Shown here: piece after piece, positions 12,448 through 26,641 of the stretch
Position numbering within the stretch: the first letter of the stretch is position 1
Layout: the number at the start of each line of letters is the position of its first letter
DNA from: Thraustochytrium aureum
Lineage: Eukaryota
Length of the DNA stretch: 64,000 bases
Assembly (NCBI GenBank): GCA_012862495.1
Contig: BLSG01000080.1
Span: forward strand, 293,068 to 357,067
Reading direction: 5' to 3'
Notes under the pieces: generated by a model
Database searches by the model: none
Seen by the model: only the letters and a program-made list of their open reading frames with translations
What the model was told of the DNA's origin: nothing
Position numbers and translations under genes: made by a program

Positions 12448-13367
12448 NNNNNNNNNNNNNNNNNNNNNNNNNNNNNNNNNNNNNNNNNNNNNNNNNNNNN
12501 NNNNNNNNNNNNNNNNNNNNNNNNNNNNNNNNNNNNNNNNNNNNNNNNNNNNNNNNNNNNNNNNNNNNNNNNNNNNNNNNNNNNNNNNNNNNNNNNNNNN
12601 NNNNNNNNNNNNNNNNNNNNNNNNNNNNNNNNNNNNNNNNNNNNNNNNNNNNNNNNNNNNNNNNNNNNNNNNNNNNNNNNNNNNNNNNNNNNNNNNNNNN
12701 NNNNNNNNNNNNNNNNNNNNNNNNNNNNNNNNNNNNNNNNNNNNNNNNNNNNNNNNNNNNNNNNNNNNNNNNNNNNNNNNNNNNNNNNNNNNNNNNNNNN
12801 NNNNNNNNNNNNNNNNNNNNNNNNNNNNNNNNNNNNNNNNNNNNNNNNNNNNNNNNNNNNNNNNNNNNNNNNNNNNNNNNNNNNNNNNNNNNNNNNNNNN
12901 NNNNNNNNNNNNNNNNNNNNNNNNNNNNNNNNNNNNNNNNNNNNNNNNNNNNNNNNNNNNNNNNNNNNNNNNNNNNNNNNNNNNNNNNNNNNNNNNNNNN
13001 NNNNNNNNNNNNNNNNNNNNNNNNNNNNNNNNNNNNNNNNNNNNNNNNNNNNNNNNNNNNNNNNNNNNNNNNNNNNNNNNNNNNNNNNNNNNNNNNNNNN
13101 NNNNNNNNNNNNNNNNNNNNNNNNNNNNNNNNNNNNNNNNNNNNNNNNNNNNNNNNNNNNNNNNNNNNNNNNNNNNNNNNNNNNNNNNNNNNNNNNNNNN
13201 NNNNNNNNNNNNNNNNNNNNNNNNNNNNNNNNNNNNNNNNNNNNNNNNNNNNNNNNNNNNNNNNNNNNNNNNNNNNNNNNNNNNNNNNNNNNNNNNNNNN
13301 NNNNNNNNNNNNNNNNNNNNNNNNNNNNNNNNNNNNNNNNNNNNNNNNNNNNNNNNNNNNNNNNNNN

Positions 13368-16300
13368 CTTCGCGTTCTGGAGGACCGTCGACCCCGCCTC
13401 CAGCGCCGTGTATGACTGCGCCGAAATGCTCTTCAACAGGGAAACGGGCCGCGGGCTCCTCGGATTCGCAGAGCACACCATGACCGCAAGTGGTCTCATC
13501 GACGCAGAGCTGCAAAAGGTGCGCCAGAAGATCTACGTCGTCCTGGCCAACTGGATAGACTCCATGGGCAGCAAAGGCGTCCTGGACCACGTCAAAGCCC
13601 TCGTCGCGGTCACGTTCCGCGCGTTTCGCGCCGAGTCCTCCTCGCAGGCCAGGCAGGCCGCGCTGCAACCGCTGGAAGAGCTTCTTCGCTCGCGCGAGCT
13701 GGAGCTCGACTGGGACCAGCTCGACATGTCGGGCATCGCGCGCGAACTCTTCGCGACGCTGCATACTGGTTCCAACCTAGCCCGCCCCGCGGTAAAACGC
13801 GCAGCTCTCGTAGTGCTTGGGCTTATCGCGCGACGCCATGCCACCCGCCTCGGTGCGGAGAGCTCGAACTACGAGGCCCCGCTCAGCCAAAAGCTGCGCG
13901 AGACCTGCCTCTTGCTGCTCAAGGCCAACATCGATGACTCGCGCGTCCGCGCAGAGCGCGCCCTCGTCGAGGGCTCTCTCAGCTGCCTCTCTGGCATGCT
14001 CAAGCACTTCCCCCCAGCCTGCAAACAAGAGGCCCGAGACTTGTACGAGCTCGTGGTGCGCGCGATGGACTTGGGCGATGGGCACACCAGGTTCGGCGTC
14101 CAAGCGGAGGCGGCGCATCTCTTGCAACGCAACGCGGCCATGTTTGCCGAAGTGATCGCAGAGCGACCGCTGCAGGCGTACAACAACGCAGTGAAACTGT
14201 CCAGCTCAAAACACCAAAAGGTTCGCACTCCCGGGTTTTTGGCGGCTCTCGCGCTCCAGGAGGTCATCGGGGAGGAACTCGCAAAGAAGCCCGACGACCC
14301 CGCCGCGCGAGACACGCTGAACAGCTTCATGTTGGCCTTCCGCGACACGTTCGAACGGGCCAAGGGTCTCGACCCTCGGTCCTCGGCAGGCCTCACAAAC
14401 AGGGACATCGAGCTCGTCGTGAACGGGTACGGATTCTTCGCAAAGGCGATCTTGTCGCACGCTGGCCCGACCGAGCTGCGCCGCCTCCTGAGCCACGTCA
14501 AAGAAGGCAGCGACAGCATCGACCGAAGTGAAGCCGAGGCAGCGGCGGCGGTCGGGGACGAGCTCGGGCTCAACGCGCTGCGAGCGGCTAGCGCAGCTCT
14601 CGTCGACGATGACCGGCAGCTCGCTGGGCCGACTGCCGGCGGCGGCTACGGCTCGCTCGGCGCGGGGCAGGCTGCGGGGCAGTCTGCTGAGCTTGTTGGC
14701 GCCGAGCTTGAGGCTCACCACAGCACGTTTTTCTCTGCCGTGCGGGAGGCACACGCCAAGCGCCAGGACGCGCGCGCGCGCGGCGAGCAGGTGCTCCGGC
14801 ACGCGAGATTTCTTCGCGCGTACGGCCGCATTGTGGCGCAGCTCCCCGCTGAGCTTGTGGACGAACGGGACCAGATTTTTCTCGACTTTGTGGCGCAAGA
14901 GCTCGTCTTCTTGGCTACGCAGTTCCCGCTACTGTTTCGATCGGACCAGCACACGGTGGCGTTCTCTATGCTCGAGCTCCTTCGGGCGTACGCCTCCAAG
15001 GGCCAAGCGCTCGCCTGGCTGCTCAGTCGCGTTGTGCGCCCCATTCTGCTCCGCTCGTGTGCCACCGTTCCTGTCGACTCGTTTTTCACGCTCTATCATC
15101 CGGAGACGGGTCTGCCTGAGGGAAGGCTCCTCTTCGAATTCGCTTGGCTCTGGCGAGTTCTGCTGCCTCGCAAAAAATGGACCCAGCGCGAAGCCAGCTT
15201 GGACCCTGACGCTGTCGAATCGCGCGTGTCGGGCGGGCTGAGCGGGCTGACCGGTTCCCAGATTGACATGGACGATGACGGGGCCGAGGCCGCGCCTGCC
15301 GCCGACGTGGACGACGAGCTCGTCGCTGGCGCAGGGCGAGCTGCAGCACGCGAGCTCAACGAAGAGGACATTGAAGAAATCGGCTCGGACGAGGTGGGCA
15401 AGCTCGGCGGTGAGGCTGCTGCCGAGAGCGTGGCGCACGCCATTTTTGATCNNNNNNNNNNNNNNNNNNNNNNNNNNNNNNNNNNNNNNNNNNNNNNNNN
15501 NNNNNNNNNNNNNNNNNNNNNNNNNNNNNNNNNNNNNNNNNNNNNNNNNNNNNNNNNNNNNNNNNNNNNNNNNNNNNNNNNNNNNNNNNNNNNNNNNNNN
15601 NNNNNNNNNNNNNNNNNNNNNNNNNNNNNNNNNNNNNNNNNNNNNNNNNNNNNNNNNNNNNNNNNNNNNNNNNNNNNNNNNNNNNNNNNNNNNNNCGCTA
15701 CGGGGCGTCTTGCCCCACCTCGGGGCGTACCTTTCTGGACATGGCTCGGAGGCGGATGCCGCTGGCCCAATCGCCGGGTCAGCCGCCTCGCGTGGCACGG
15801 CCTCGTCCTCCAAAGCCCGAGCCGTCGTCACGCGCGACGCGCGCGCAAAGCAGAAGCGCAGCCGCGACCGGCTCCAGCGCCGCGCCGTCGGACGCCGCAG
15901 GCTCCACGAGTCGACGCCAGAAATGCTCGAGCGCCGCGTCGTCCGGCTGCTGGGTCGCATCGGCGGCGCCAACCGGGGCGTTTTGCCCGACCTCGAGGAG
16001 AAACTTAAAGACTGCTTCTCCTGGGACACGGTCCCTGTGGTGGCTATTCAGCTCACAATGGGTTCCGTCACCCTGGACGTGCTCATCGACAAGTGCCTGC
16101 CGCGCATTGTGGAGCTCGCAAAGGGCTCTTCCAAGCGATCCACCAAGGTTGCTGCGTGCGAGTTGCTTCACGCGCTTGTCCTGTTTATCTTGGGGCGGCA
16201 TGCGAACTCGCGCGGAGCCGACAGGGCCAAGTTTGCTGCTCTGTTTCACCGCCTGTTTCCCAACCTGCTCTGTCTCGGCGTCGACCTCGAGCCCGTTGCC

Positions 16301-19300
16301 CGCCAGCTCTTCCATCCGTTGGTCATTCAAGCCGCGGCCTGGTTTGCGCACAACTCGGCGAGTGGAAGCGAAGAGGTGCTGGCACTCCTCGAAGCCTCCG
16401 TGGACAGCCTCAAGCACAAGTCGGACGGCGCCCTGCGCGACATCTCGGCCCAAGTGATCGGGATCTTCTTCAAGTGGTCAATCAAGACCAAGCCAACCGG
16501 AGCTGCCGCGTCGCGCTCTGGGAGGTTTAACGAAAAGTCGCTCCTTCGGCGCCTGTACTTCCTCATGCGCCACCCCGACCCGTACCAGAGGCTAGGGGCG
16601 TGCCTCGCCTTCGACCAGATTTACGCAAGCTTCCGCGAGGAGGAACCCCTTGTCCAGGAGTTTGTCCTGGAGCTCTTTGATCACGCAATGTGTTGTCTTG
16701 GTAAAGCACACGCCGACCAGGACGCGCTCGGCACCGTTCAAGCCGCAGAGCGCGTGCTCAAACGCTTGTGTCGCATCATCACTCGATCGGCCAAGGCGCT
16801 GGCGGCGCCGGTGAGAAAAGGAGCGGCCCCGCGCCGCGGGTTTCCCGACCTGCTCCACGCCCTCCGCTGGCTGCACCGCCAGACGTGGCGCCGAGAGCTG
16901 GCGCTCCGCAAGATGGCGCGGGTGCTGTTTGAGGTTTTTGTCACCACGCTTCACGGCCCCTCGGGCCTCCAACAATGGCATTCAGCGCTTGCCGAGGCCC
17001 GCACGCCAGCCGTGGCGCAGCCCGGCGATGAAGACTACAATGCCGAGGGCGGGGTTACTGCGCATTCATGCCGCCGCACCGCCCTCCCGTTCGAAAGTGA
17101 TTTCAAGGAGACCCCGCCTGTGGAAAGGAGCTGGGGGGGCTCCTCCACCTCGCTTGGCGCTGCGGCGCGGCAGCGCGGCTGGCTCGAGGAGTTCACCGGC
17201 AAGCTGGACGCCACCAACTGGCTCGTGAAAGTCGACGCCGTTTCGACGGTGTGCGGCACTTCGGGCTCCCACTTCGACGCGCTCCTCGCCGCCATCGACC
17301 GCGTAAGCCTGCATGTCTGCAAGGTTTCCGGCTACAAGTCCGAGGTCGTCTTCGCCTTCGTCATGACGAGCCTCAACCTGTGCGACCGCCTCCTGGAGCG
17401 CGGCCTGGTGGACTTTGACAGGCAGCTGTCGCAGTTCTTGCAGCTCCTTGTCCGTCTTCTGTTGCTGCCGAACCCAGGAATCCAAGGGCTCGACCGGGAT
17501 GGCCTCGCGTTCCAGCAAAGCTTCTTTCCCGCCGTGGCGCGATTCATGCGGCGAATGGCGAGCATGGAGGGGCACGCTAATGACGCGCTTCTGCGCATTG
17601 GGCGAGGGGTTGTGGCCAAGGCCTCGGGCGCTGTGTCCCTGGCTCGACTTGACCTCTCAAGCAAAGACTCGCGCGTGGCCCTCCGAGGCCACCGCATTGT
17701 TCTTTCAAGCGGGGTGAGCTTTCTGCCTGCAGAGGGCGCAGAAGCGCGGCTGACGCTCTCTGCCGCGGTGGCAGCGCTCGAGGTTGGCGCCCCGCCGGCA
17801 ACGCTTACAACAGCGGCGATAGCGCTCGACGTTTGCCTCAAGCTCGGCTGGGCGCCGGCAGACGTGGCGCAAGAAGCGCTCCAGAACGACGCTTTCTTGC
17901 TCAACTTTCAGGAACAGGTCCTCCACGCCATCCTCGCCGCCTCCGCCTGGCCTACGACTGGACCGCCAATTCTACGGGCAGCGCGCGACAGCAGGAGCGC
18001 TGCGCAAGAGCGAGCGCTGACCCTCCTCACGCTGGCGGCAGAGGAGGTTTTGGTATGGTCGAGCACGCTGGGCGGTTCCGCGAGGTCCCGGCTTGTTGCG
18101 CCTGGCCCCTTCGTCAATTCTGTCGTGGAGTCTCTCGCGGGCGGCCTCGACATGGGATCCCAGGGCCAGCACCTGACACTCGAGAGCCTACAGCGCAAAG
18201 TCGGAGTGCTTTTGGGCCGCCTCATTCGCCTGTCCCCGCAAGGATTTCACGAAGAGGGCAGCGCGCTCCAAAAGTTCGTGCTCGCGTCGCTGGGGCACCT
18301 TCTTGCGCCGGGGGCATCGGTGAGCACCAAGGTAGACTCGTGCTCCCTGCTGCCGCTGCTTTTGCGCGGCACGACAGTGGGCTGCGCGGTGCGCTGGTCT
18401 GGCCCCGACGAACCCACTGCTCTGGAGCGGCATGTGCTGGACCTTGTGCAGACCAACATTGTGGCTCGCCACTTCCCGTTGCAAATGGACAACATGTCGT
18501 TGCAAGAGCGGTCCGACTTTATTCAGCTGCTTGAGGCCCTGTTTGGCGCGCTCGAGGCGTGCGGTTCGGTGCACCTTCTCGCTCTCCTAAGTGCCCAACT
18601 CAGCGGAACGGAGACGCACGTTTATGCGACGCAGATCGTGCGCCACCTCAAGCGCTTCGTGTCTCGCGTCGACGTCTTTTCCAGAGAAGCCGCGGGCCCG
18701 CAAGCAATGGGTCCGCCTGCTGCGCGGTCTGTGACGGAAGCGAGCCCGTCCGATACGCCGGCAGCCTCTTCAGCTCGCGCCCCGGCGCTCGTCCTCTGCA
18801 AATGGCTCTCGAGAGCGACGCTGTTCGGCTCCTCGCAGACTGGGGACTTTGTCGCGCCAAAGGCGCAGAGAGAGCGGCAAGCGACGCTTTCTTTCCTGCT
18901 CATACCGCTCCTGCAGCGCTTGTCGCCAGCGACATGGCGCGCCGCGTTTCTCGACAACGGGGCCTTTACCTTGAACGCGATCTTACGCCCCATCCTGAAC
19001 GAGTACAAGGCGCAGGACACGCACTCCGTGCAGGTTCGGTCCTCCGCGTTTGACATTTTGCAGGTCATGTTCAGCGCGCTGAGCAAAGTCCAAGTCGAGG
19101 ACTTGCTGGCTGAGGCGAAGAGCGACAAAGAGGCCGCCAAAGGACAGATCAAGTCGCTGATCAAGATCGCCAACCTCGAGATGCGGCGCCTCGCGTCGGA
19201 AGCCGGCGCTTGGCTCGCCGCCAACGGCCCGACAAACGCGAGAGCAGACGCAGCTGCCCATCGCGCCCACATCGAGAGCGCGGCTGGGAGGGCTGGCGCT

Positions 19301-22300
19301 CTGCTTCCGGGGCAGGCGGAGTCCTCGCTGGTCCGTGCTTTGGAGCGCCAAAACAAGCTCTACGCCAACAGCGTTTTCCAGTTCCTCTGCGTCTGCATGT
19401 CGCGCACTCAGAACAAGGACGGCCCGTTCAACAACATCCTCTTCATGCGTGGGACGCAAGGATTCTGGGACGCCCTCGTCCCGTGGCAAGCAGTCGGTGA
19501 CGCGGTGGACCCGACCACGTCGGCGCCGTTTCAAGAGGACGCGCTTGTAGAGCCCTACCTCACGGTGGAGACCAACTTCGAGCTGGCCAGGCTCAGTATC
19601 GACTCGATCCTCAAGGAGATGCCGGACAACGGGCTTCCCGTGCGCGCCTTTCGCATGGCAGCGACGCTGACGAGCACCAATCCGACCCAGTTTACCTTTG
19701 CGCCGAGCCAAGTCGTCGGGGCGGGCGTTTCAGGCGTCTTGGTCGGCGAGGGCGGGGCCGCTGCTGGCGGCGGCGAGGACGCGAACGCTGCAGAGCTACT
19801 GGCGCGTGCAAACGGCGGAACCGCTGCGGCGGACCCCAGGCATGGGCGGCACGGGGCGCAGAGTGTGCAGGACATCGAGGAGAGCATGCTGGTCTCCACC
19901 CTCGTCGCTGACGTCGGCGCCGATGGCAGCGGTTCGACTGGCAAAAAGGTGGCAAGCGCGCCGCCGCCTCGGGATCCTCCTCACTGGGAAGCTCCCTCGA
20001 CGAGGGCGAAGGCGAGCCCGCGAGCCGGACCGCAGGGCAGACCAGCGCAAGGCCCGACAGCGCCGCTGTAGGCGCGGCAGCCGCGAACGGCGGCGTTGTG
20101 ACAGACGAGTGCGCTGCCGACGAGGATGAGCAGCTCGAGCTAGACCCGTTCAACAACTTGCCCTGCATGTCTGGCGCCTTGGCAGCGCTGGACGTGATGC
20201 GGAAAAAGGGGCTGATCCCATGGACTGCCGCCGACGCCTTCAAAGAAGACCTCGAGGAGGTCGACATGCCAGCGTGGATGCTCTCCATCAAGGCGGCCCT
20301 CGACCCCTCGATGACCGTCGAGGAGGGGAGACTCCGCCTCAACGTGCGGCTGTTTGCGCTCAAGTTAATAATGAACCGGCCGACGCTATTCGCCGCCTTT
20401 GCGCATGTTCTGTTGGAACCGTGCATCCGCGTCGTGCTCGACCTGGAAGCTCCGTACAAGGACGCGGCGGCGCGGGGAACGCACTATATCCTGCGAGACC
20501 TCACGGTGTTGATCGGGCGGTGGGAGCGCGCCCGCCCGGGGTGTTGCCGCCCAGCTCCCGGGTCGATGCAAGGCTGGAGCGCTGTGGACGCGTTGCTGGA
20601 GCGCCTGATGCGGGCGAGCGTCCACATGGTCAAGTCTATTATGACCGCCAACCTGCAGATGATCAGCATGCTGATTGGTCTCTGGAAAAAGCGCCCTGGT
20701 GCGCTCGAGGTTCGCGGCAAGGATGGCGCGGTGATCAACCGTCGCGTTATCGTCAAGTTAGTCTGCACGGGGAAAAATGACCGCAAGGATCCTGACTTTA
20801 AAGCCAACTGCGCGCGACGCCACGCCGGCCTCGTTCTTCTTGGGATTCTCGTGTCGCACGGGTACAATGCCCCTCGATATTCCCCAGATGCCGGACGCTG
20901 ACAAGGCCAAGTTTGTAGTTGGGCTCGGCAACTGCATTCGGTGGAACGACAAGAAGGTGCTCATGGTGGCTGCCGAGGTGGCCGCGGCGGTGCTCAGCGA
21001 CCTCCGGCCCGACCAAGATGGCTTTGCTTCTTCGCTCGCGGCCCGCGTCACGGCCAACCTAGAGGCTTGGCAGCGCTCGACGGCCGCGGACCATGGCGGG
21101 CGGTACTTGGATGGGCTCAGCAGCTTTGCTTCAGCCGTGGACGCTCGGTCGCGCAACGTTGATGAGGTCATGTCGAGCGCGGCGCTTACTCATCTTCTCG
21201 GCTACTTTCGGCGCATGCTGTCTGCGGACACGCTGGCGCAGTGCGTGCGCACGCTCGAAAAGTTCATCATCCGCAGCGGGGCCGCCCGCGGGATGAGCGC
21301 CAAGGACCGGCAGGACCGGTTCTACAACCTTTACTGCGGGTTGAAGCCGAGCCTTGGCCGGGCGCTCTCATTCCGTTCGCAAGATGCTTCGGGCGCCCAG
21401 GCTTCGCTCCGCGTGCTCCGCCAGCTCTTGGCCGAGATGCCGGACCAAATAGCGGGTGTCGCCTCTGACTTCCTTGGACCGCTTGTCGGGCTGGCCCATC
21501 ACCACGCAAGCGCCGTGGTGCGCTTGCATGCATATGAGGACTTGATTTGGCTCGCCAGCACGGAGCAAGGCGCGAGCCGTGCTGAGCTCCGCACCGCACT
21601 CGCGACCGGGCTGGGGGACCCCTCCCTTGCGGTGCGCCAGCGCATTTTCGCGTACTGGAACGCCGAGCAGCGCCTTCCGAGCGCGTCCGGGTTCACGCGG
21701 CTCGTGAAGATACTCCAGGAGATTCGCCCCGACGCAGCCGCAGTAGTCAGCGGCGGCGGCGGCGAAGATGACGAGGGCGCCGCCTCCGGCTGGGTGGGAC
21801 ACGTCACCACGCTGCTGCTCTCGCTTGTCCGCAACACGCCCGAGTACGACAACCTCGATCGCAAGCTGTTCGACAAGCCGCTCGGAGAGTGTGAATTCAA
21901 CGAGGTCGCCGTGGACGCTTCATGGNNNNNNNNNNNNNNNNNNNNNNNNNNNNNNNNNNNNNNNNNNNNNNNNNNNNNNNNNNNNNNNNNNNNNNNNNNN
22001 NNNNNNNNNNNNNNNNNNNNNNNNNNNNNNNNNNNNNNNNNNNNNNNNNNNNNNNNNNNNNNNNNNNNNNNNNNNNNNNNNNNNNNNNNNNNNNNNNNNN
22101 NNNNNNNNNNNNNNNNNNNNNNNNNNNNNNNNNNGCTCGCGTTTCAAGGAATCGCTGTGCCTCGCGGGATGGTGCGGGCGACGCAGGACCCGTCCGCGCT
22201 CCTGTTCGCCCCGACGCAGCTCACGAGCCAGCTTGCGGACGGCGGCAACATGGGCACGCAGGCCGTAGGAATGTTCGTGGCTGGCGCAACGCAAGGCCCT

Positions 22301-25300
22301 GGTGCTCACGGTCTAGCGGGCTTGAGCGGCTCTGCGCGGGGCGTCGACTCGCGGAGCAAGCGTCGCAGAATCGTCGTGCAAACGCAGCGCGCGACGCTGC
22401 GTGAAGACAAAGCAGGCGAGGCGACCTCCACTTTTGCGCGAAGCTTTCAGCATTCGTGCGGCGCCGAGTCGAGCGAGCTGGCTGCCGAAGTTGGAGATGA
22501 CGAGGACGAGTTTGCGAGGTCGCGGCGACAGCAGGCAGAGGAGGACGAGCTCGATGCTATGGAGGCGGACGCCGGCGACTCGCTAGTGGCTTGGGCCCAC
22601 GCCACGCAGGGCGCTGGACGCGGGGCGCACAGGGGCGGCAGGGTCGATAGCGACGGCGACGTAGAGATGGGGCAGTCGCCCAGCCGAGGCCGCAAGCGCG
22701 GACGCCCGGACACGTCTCTCGGAGGGGCTCTGCCGGCACAGCTTGAGCGGCGTCGCTTTCACATCGGTCGAGGCGCAGGCGCCGCCAAGCCGAGCCCTGG
22801 CAACGACGATGGCGAGGACGAGGGGCGATGGAGCGCCGTCCGCGACCAAGGCCAGAGCGACTTGTTCCGCACGCAAGCCATCAACAGACGGCGCAAGCGC
22901 TTTGCGCGGGACAACAAAGCCAAGCACCGCCGAGCGCGCCACGTCAGCCTGTACCGCAGATATCGGGAGGGCGAGCTGCCGGACGTCCAGATTGCCCTGA
23001 GGGAGGTGGTTGAGCCACTCATTGCGGTATGCGCTGCGGATGCGACCGTGGCTCACGAGCTTCTGAACAACGTCGTCCGAGCTATGTGCGAGCGCGTCGT
23101 GGGCGGCGACGACCAGTTCAAAGCGATCATGGGCGTCCCGCAGCACAAGCAGCTGACCCGCACGCGGCTGGAGAGCCTCGCGGAGCTCATGGCGGCGCTG
23201 CAGGACCTGCTAGCCGGAACGACCTCTGGGGCCTCCAGGGCCGCCGAGGTGATTAGCTGCCTGCACGGCCTGATCGTGGTTCTGAACGAGTTTATTGACC
23301 GCAGGTGCGCCGAGCCCGGCGGCCGGGACGAGTTCGCCGCGTTGGAGCGCTCAGCACAGGTGTTCACGGACCCGGCAGTGCTGGCACAATCTGCGATTGC
23401 AGGTCGTTGCCTCGCGTCTGGCATCTTTGCAATCGAGAACACGATCATCTGCGTACAGCGGCAGGAACTCCGCTGGGCTGTTGCGGCGGCCGCGTCGAGC
23501 CCGTACGAGCTCACGGTGAAGCGCACGTGGCTGGAGCTCTTGCAGCTGTACGAGCATCTTGGCGAGGACGACGTCATCGGGAGCCTGCTGTCGAGCGCGA
23601 CGACCAACACAGAGGCCTTGGCCGCGCTTGAGCTGCAGGCGACAGGCAAGAACCGCGAGGCGGCCACGCTTTACGGCAAGCTTGTTGTGGCGTCGCACAG
23701 GGAGTTGGCCGACTCGGAAGTGGGGCGTGATCGCTTCGTCGACCTCGATGCCGTTCAGCTGCGCAAGCGCGAGGCGGAGCACTGGTGGAAGGGCCGTGCG
23801 GACTGTCTTCGCCGCGAGCAGCTCTGGGAAGATCTTCTGAGCGACCTGGTGCTCGAGACAGACGCTGTGCTCGGCAAGTGGGAGATAGACACTGCTGCAA
23901 GAGAAGAGCGCGCGCGGTACCTGCTCTCCCTTGGCGGCGGGAGCGAAGGCGGCGCGGGGGAGCTCAGCGAGGCCGCTGCTGGAGGCTCGTGATGTGAGCA
24001 CTCTCGCGCTGTGGCACNNNNNNNNNNNNNNNNNNNNNNNNNNNNNNNNNNNNNNNNNNNNNNNNNNNNNNNNNNNNNNNNNNNNNNNNNNNNNNNNNNN
24101 NNNNNNNNNNNNNNNNNNNNNNNNNNNNNNNNNNNNNNNNNNNNNNNNNNNNNNNNNNNNNNNNNNNNNNNNNNNNNNNNNNNNNNNNNNNNNNNNNNNN
24201 NNNNNNNNNNNNNNNNNNNNNNNNNNNNNNNNNNNNNNNNNNNNNNNNNNNNNNNNNNNNNNNNNNNNNNNNNNNNNNNNNNNNNNNNNNNNNNNNNNNN
24301 NNNNNNNNNNNNNNNNNNNNNNNNNNNNNNNNNNNNNNNNNNNNNNNNNNNNNNNNNNNNNNNNNNNNNNNNNNNNNNNNNNNNNNNNNNNNNNNNNNNN
24401 NNNNNNNNNNNNNNNNNNNNNNNNNNNNNNNNNNNNNNNNNNNNNNNNNNNNNNNNNNNNNNNNNNNNNNNNNNNNNNNNNNNNNNNNNNNNNNNNNNNN
24501 NNNNNNNNNNNNNNNNNNNNNNNNNNNNNNNNNNNNNNNNNNNNNNNNNNNNNNNNNNNNNNNNNNNNNNNNNNNNNNNNNNNNNNNNNNNNNNNNNNNN
24601 NNNNNNNNNNNNNNNNNNNNNNNNNNNNNNNNNNNNNNNNNNNNNNNNNNNNNNNNNNNNNNNNNNNNNNNNNNNNNNNNNNNNNNNNNNNGGGGAAGTG
24701 TTGCTCGAACGCAAGCCACACATCGGGAACAAAATAGGCGACTACAACCTCAAGTACGCGCAGAGCCACCGGGCGGAGATGCAGCGCTTGTTCGGCGCTG
24801 CGGGCGAGCACCTCACCAAGGCCAAGTTTTCCAAGTTTTTCCGCGAGTTGAGCGACGGAAAGGGCCCCGTGGTCAAGGTCGCAGCTTCGGATCCAGAGAT
24901 GAGCCTCTCCAAGCTCTCCTCGTGGCTGAGCGAGTTTGACCTCGCCAACCACAACAAGGGCTGCATCGAGGTGCCAGGCCAATACGACACTCTTGGGGCC
25001 GGTGGGGCTTTGGCGACTGCTGGCGAGGCCGCTTCAACGACGCGAGCGGCCCCGCCGCGCGTCGAGCAGCACGCGCTCATTGCTAGCTTTGCCCCCACAG
25101 TGCAGGTGATGAACTCGAAGGAGAAGCCGAAGAGCCTCGTGATTCGCGGCGATGACGAGCGCGAGTACAAATTTCTTGTCAAGGGCGGGGACGACCTACG
25201 AATGGACCAACGCATCCAGCAGCTGTTTGGCGTGATGAACCAGCTGTTCCGCAAGGACAGCGCGTGCGCGCAGCGCGGTCTCCACATCAACACGTACAAG

Positions 25301-26641
25301 ATCGTGCCGCTTTCCCTTGAGATCGGCCTGCTCGAGTGGGTGGAGAACACAGCGACAATGAAAAGCATCTTCGAGGAGCAGTACGGGATCCACCCGGACT
25401 TTGACGTTTTCCAAGCGGGGGGCCCGCCGCGCGCCAGCAGCGCCTCGAGCAAGCGCGGCAGGGATTCTGTTGCGGGGGACGCCCGCTCGGACAAGCGGCG
25501 GGAGAGCTCTCGCCGCGGGCGCGACCCTGCGAGCGGCGATTCCGGGTCTGTGGTCTCGGCGGCAACGACCTCTTCGCGGGCCTCTCGCGGGCGGAAACTT
25601 GGCATCCCCAAGTGGACGTCGTACTTGTTGTGGATGAAGCAAATGAAGCAGCTCAGCGGCGCTCCGGGCGTGTCTGCCAATGTGTACAACAAACTGTTCC
25701 AGTGCAACAAGGACGACTGCGCCGCCGCCTTTGAGGACGTGTCGATCGCGACGCCGGACGACCTGCTGCGCAACTACTTGATCAACCTCTCGCGCGGACC
25801 GGAGGGGTTTATCGCGATCCGGCAGAACCTGGCGCGCTCGATCGGGGTCGCCTGCATCTGCTCGTACGTCCTCGGCATTGGCGATCGGCACCTCGAGAAC
25901 ATCTTGTTTTGCAAATCGGACGGCTCTCTGGTGCACATCGACTTTGGCTACTCGTTTGGGTTTGGCACGCTAAAGCTCGGCGTTCCCGAGCTGACGCCCT
26001 TTCGCCTCACGCGTCAGTTTGTCAACATCCTCAAGCCGCTCGCCTCGCGGACGCTCATCTTCCAGAGCATGGTGCAGTCCATGTCGACGCTGCGGGAGAA
26101 CCGCGATACGCTGTTCAACGTCATGGAGGTGTTTTTGAACGAGCCGCTGATCGACTGGGAGGCGCGGGCTTCGCACAACCTCGCGGAGCGGCTCGGGGAG
26201 ATGGAGCTTTCTTCGGGCTCGACCGTGGTCTCCGAGTCTTCTCTGGACTCGGGGCTGGACCAACCTCGACCGCTGCCGATCCTTGACGCGTTCGGGCGAG
26301 GCGGAACCGACCATCGGATCGACCGAGCACTGCTCAAGCTCCGTGGAGCGCACCCTGGCGCGGTCCTCGCGAACGAGCTGCTGTCGCGAAGCGGCTCGAA
26401 GCGCGCGATCGCTAGCTTTGTTGAGGCGGTCAAGGGAGGGCTGGAGCCTGCTGGTGGCGAGGACAGGGCTGATGTGGCGCGCCGCTACGACGCGGCGCGG
26501 TTCGACCTCTCTGACCTCGCGGATCCTGCGTGGAAGGACCAGAGCGTCTCCGTGGCAGACCAGGTCCACACGCTCATGCAGTTGGCGACGGCGGAGTCGC
26601 TCCTGATGAGGCAGTGGGTTGGCTGGGTTCCTTGGGTGTGA
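13368..26641 (+). CDS. PRKDC: DNA-dependent protein kinase catalytic subunit (PIKK); 5' end in gap, three internal gaps, several frameshifts
   Basis: TKVAACELLHALVLFILG, KSLLRRLY..HPDPYQRLGACLAF, LYRRYREGELPDVQI, IEVPGQY, FLVKGGDDLRMDQRIQQLF, GIGDRHLEN, HIDFG, PELTPFRLT, and the FATC end LMRQWVGWVPWV* are all DNA-PKcs-type. Confidence 0.95.

Noticed and set aside
12016..16008. ORF-track fusions across N gaps (e.g. 12016-16008, 8863-10704, 26949-29072, 44977-46464)
   Set aside because: Ns are translated as X and artificially join unrelated genes or frames.
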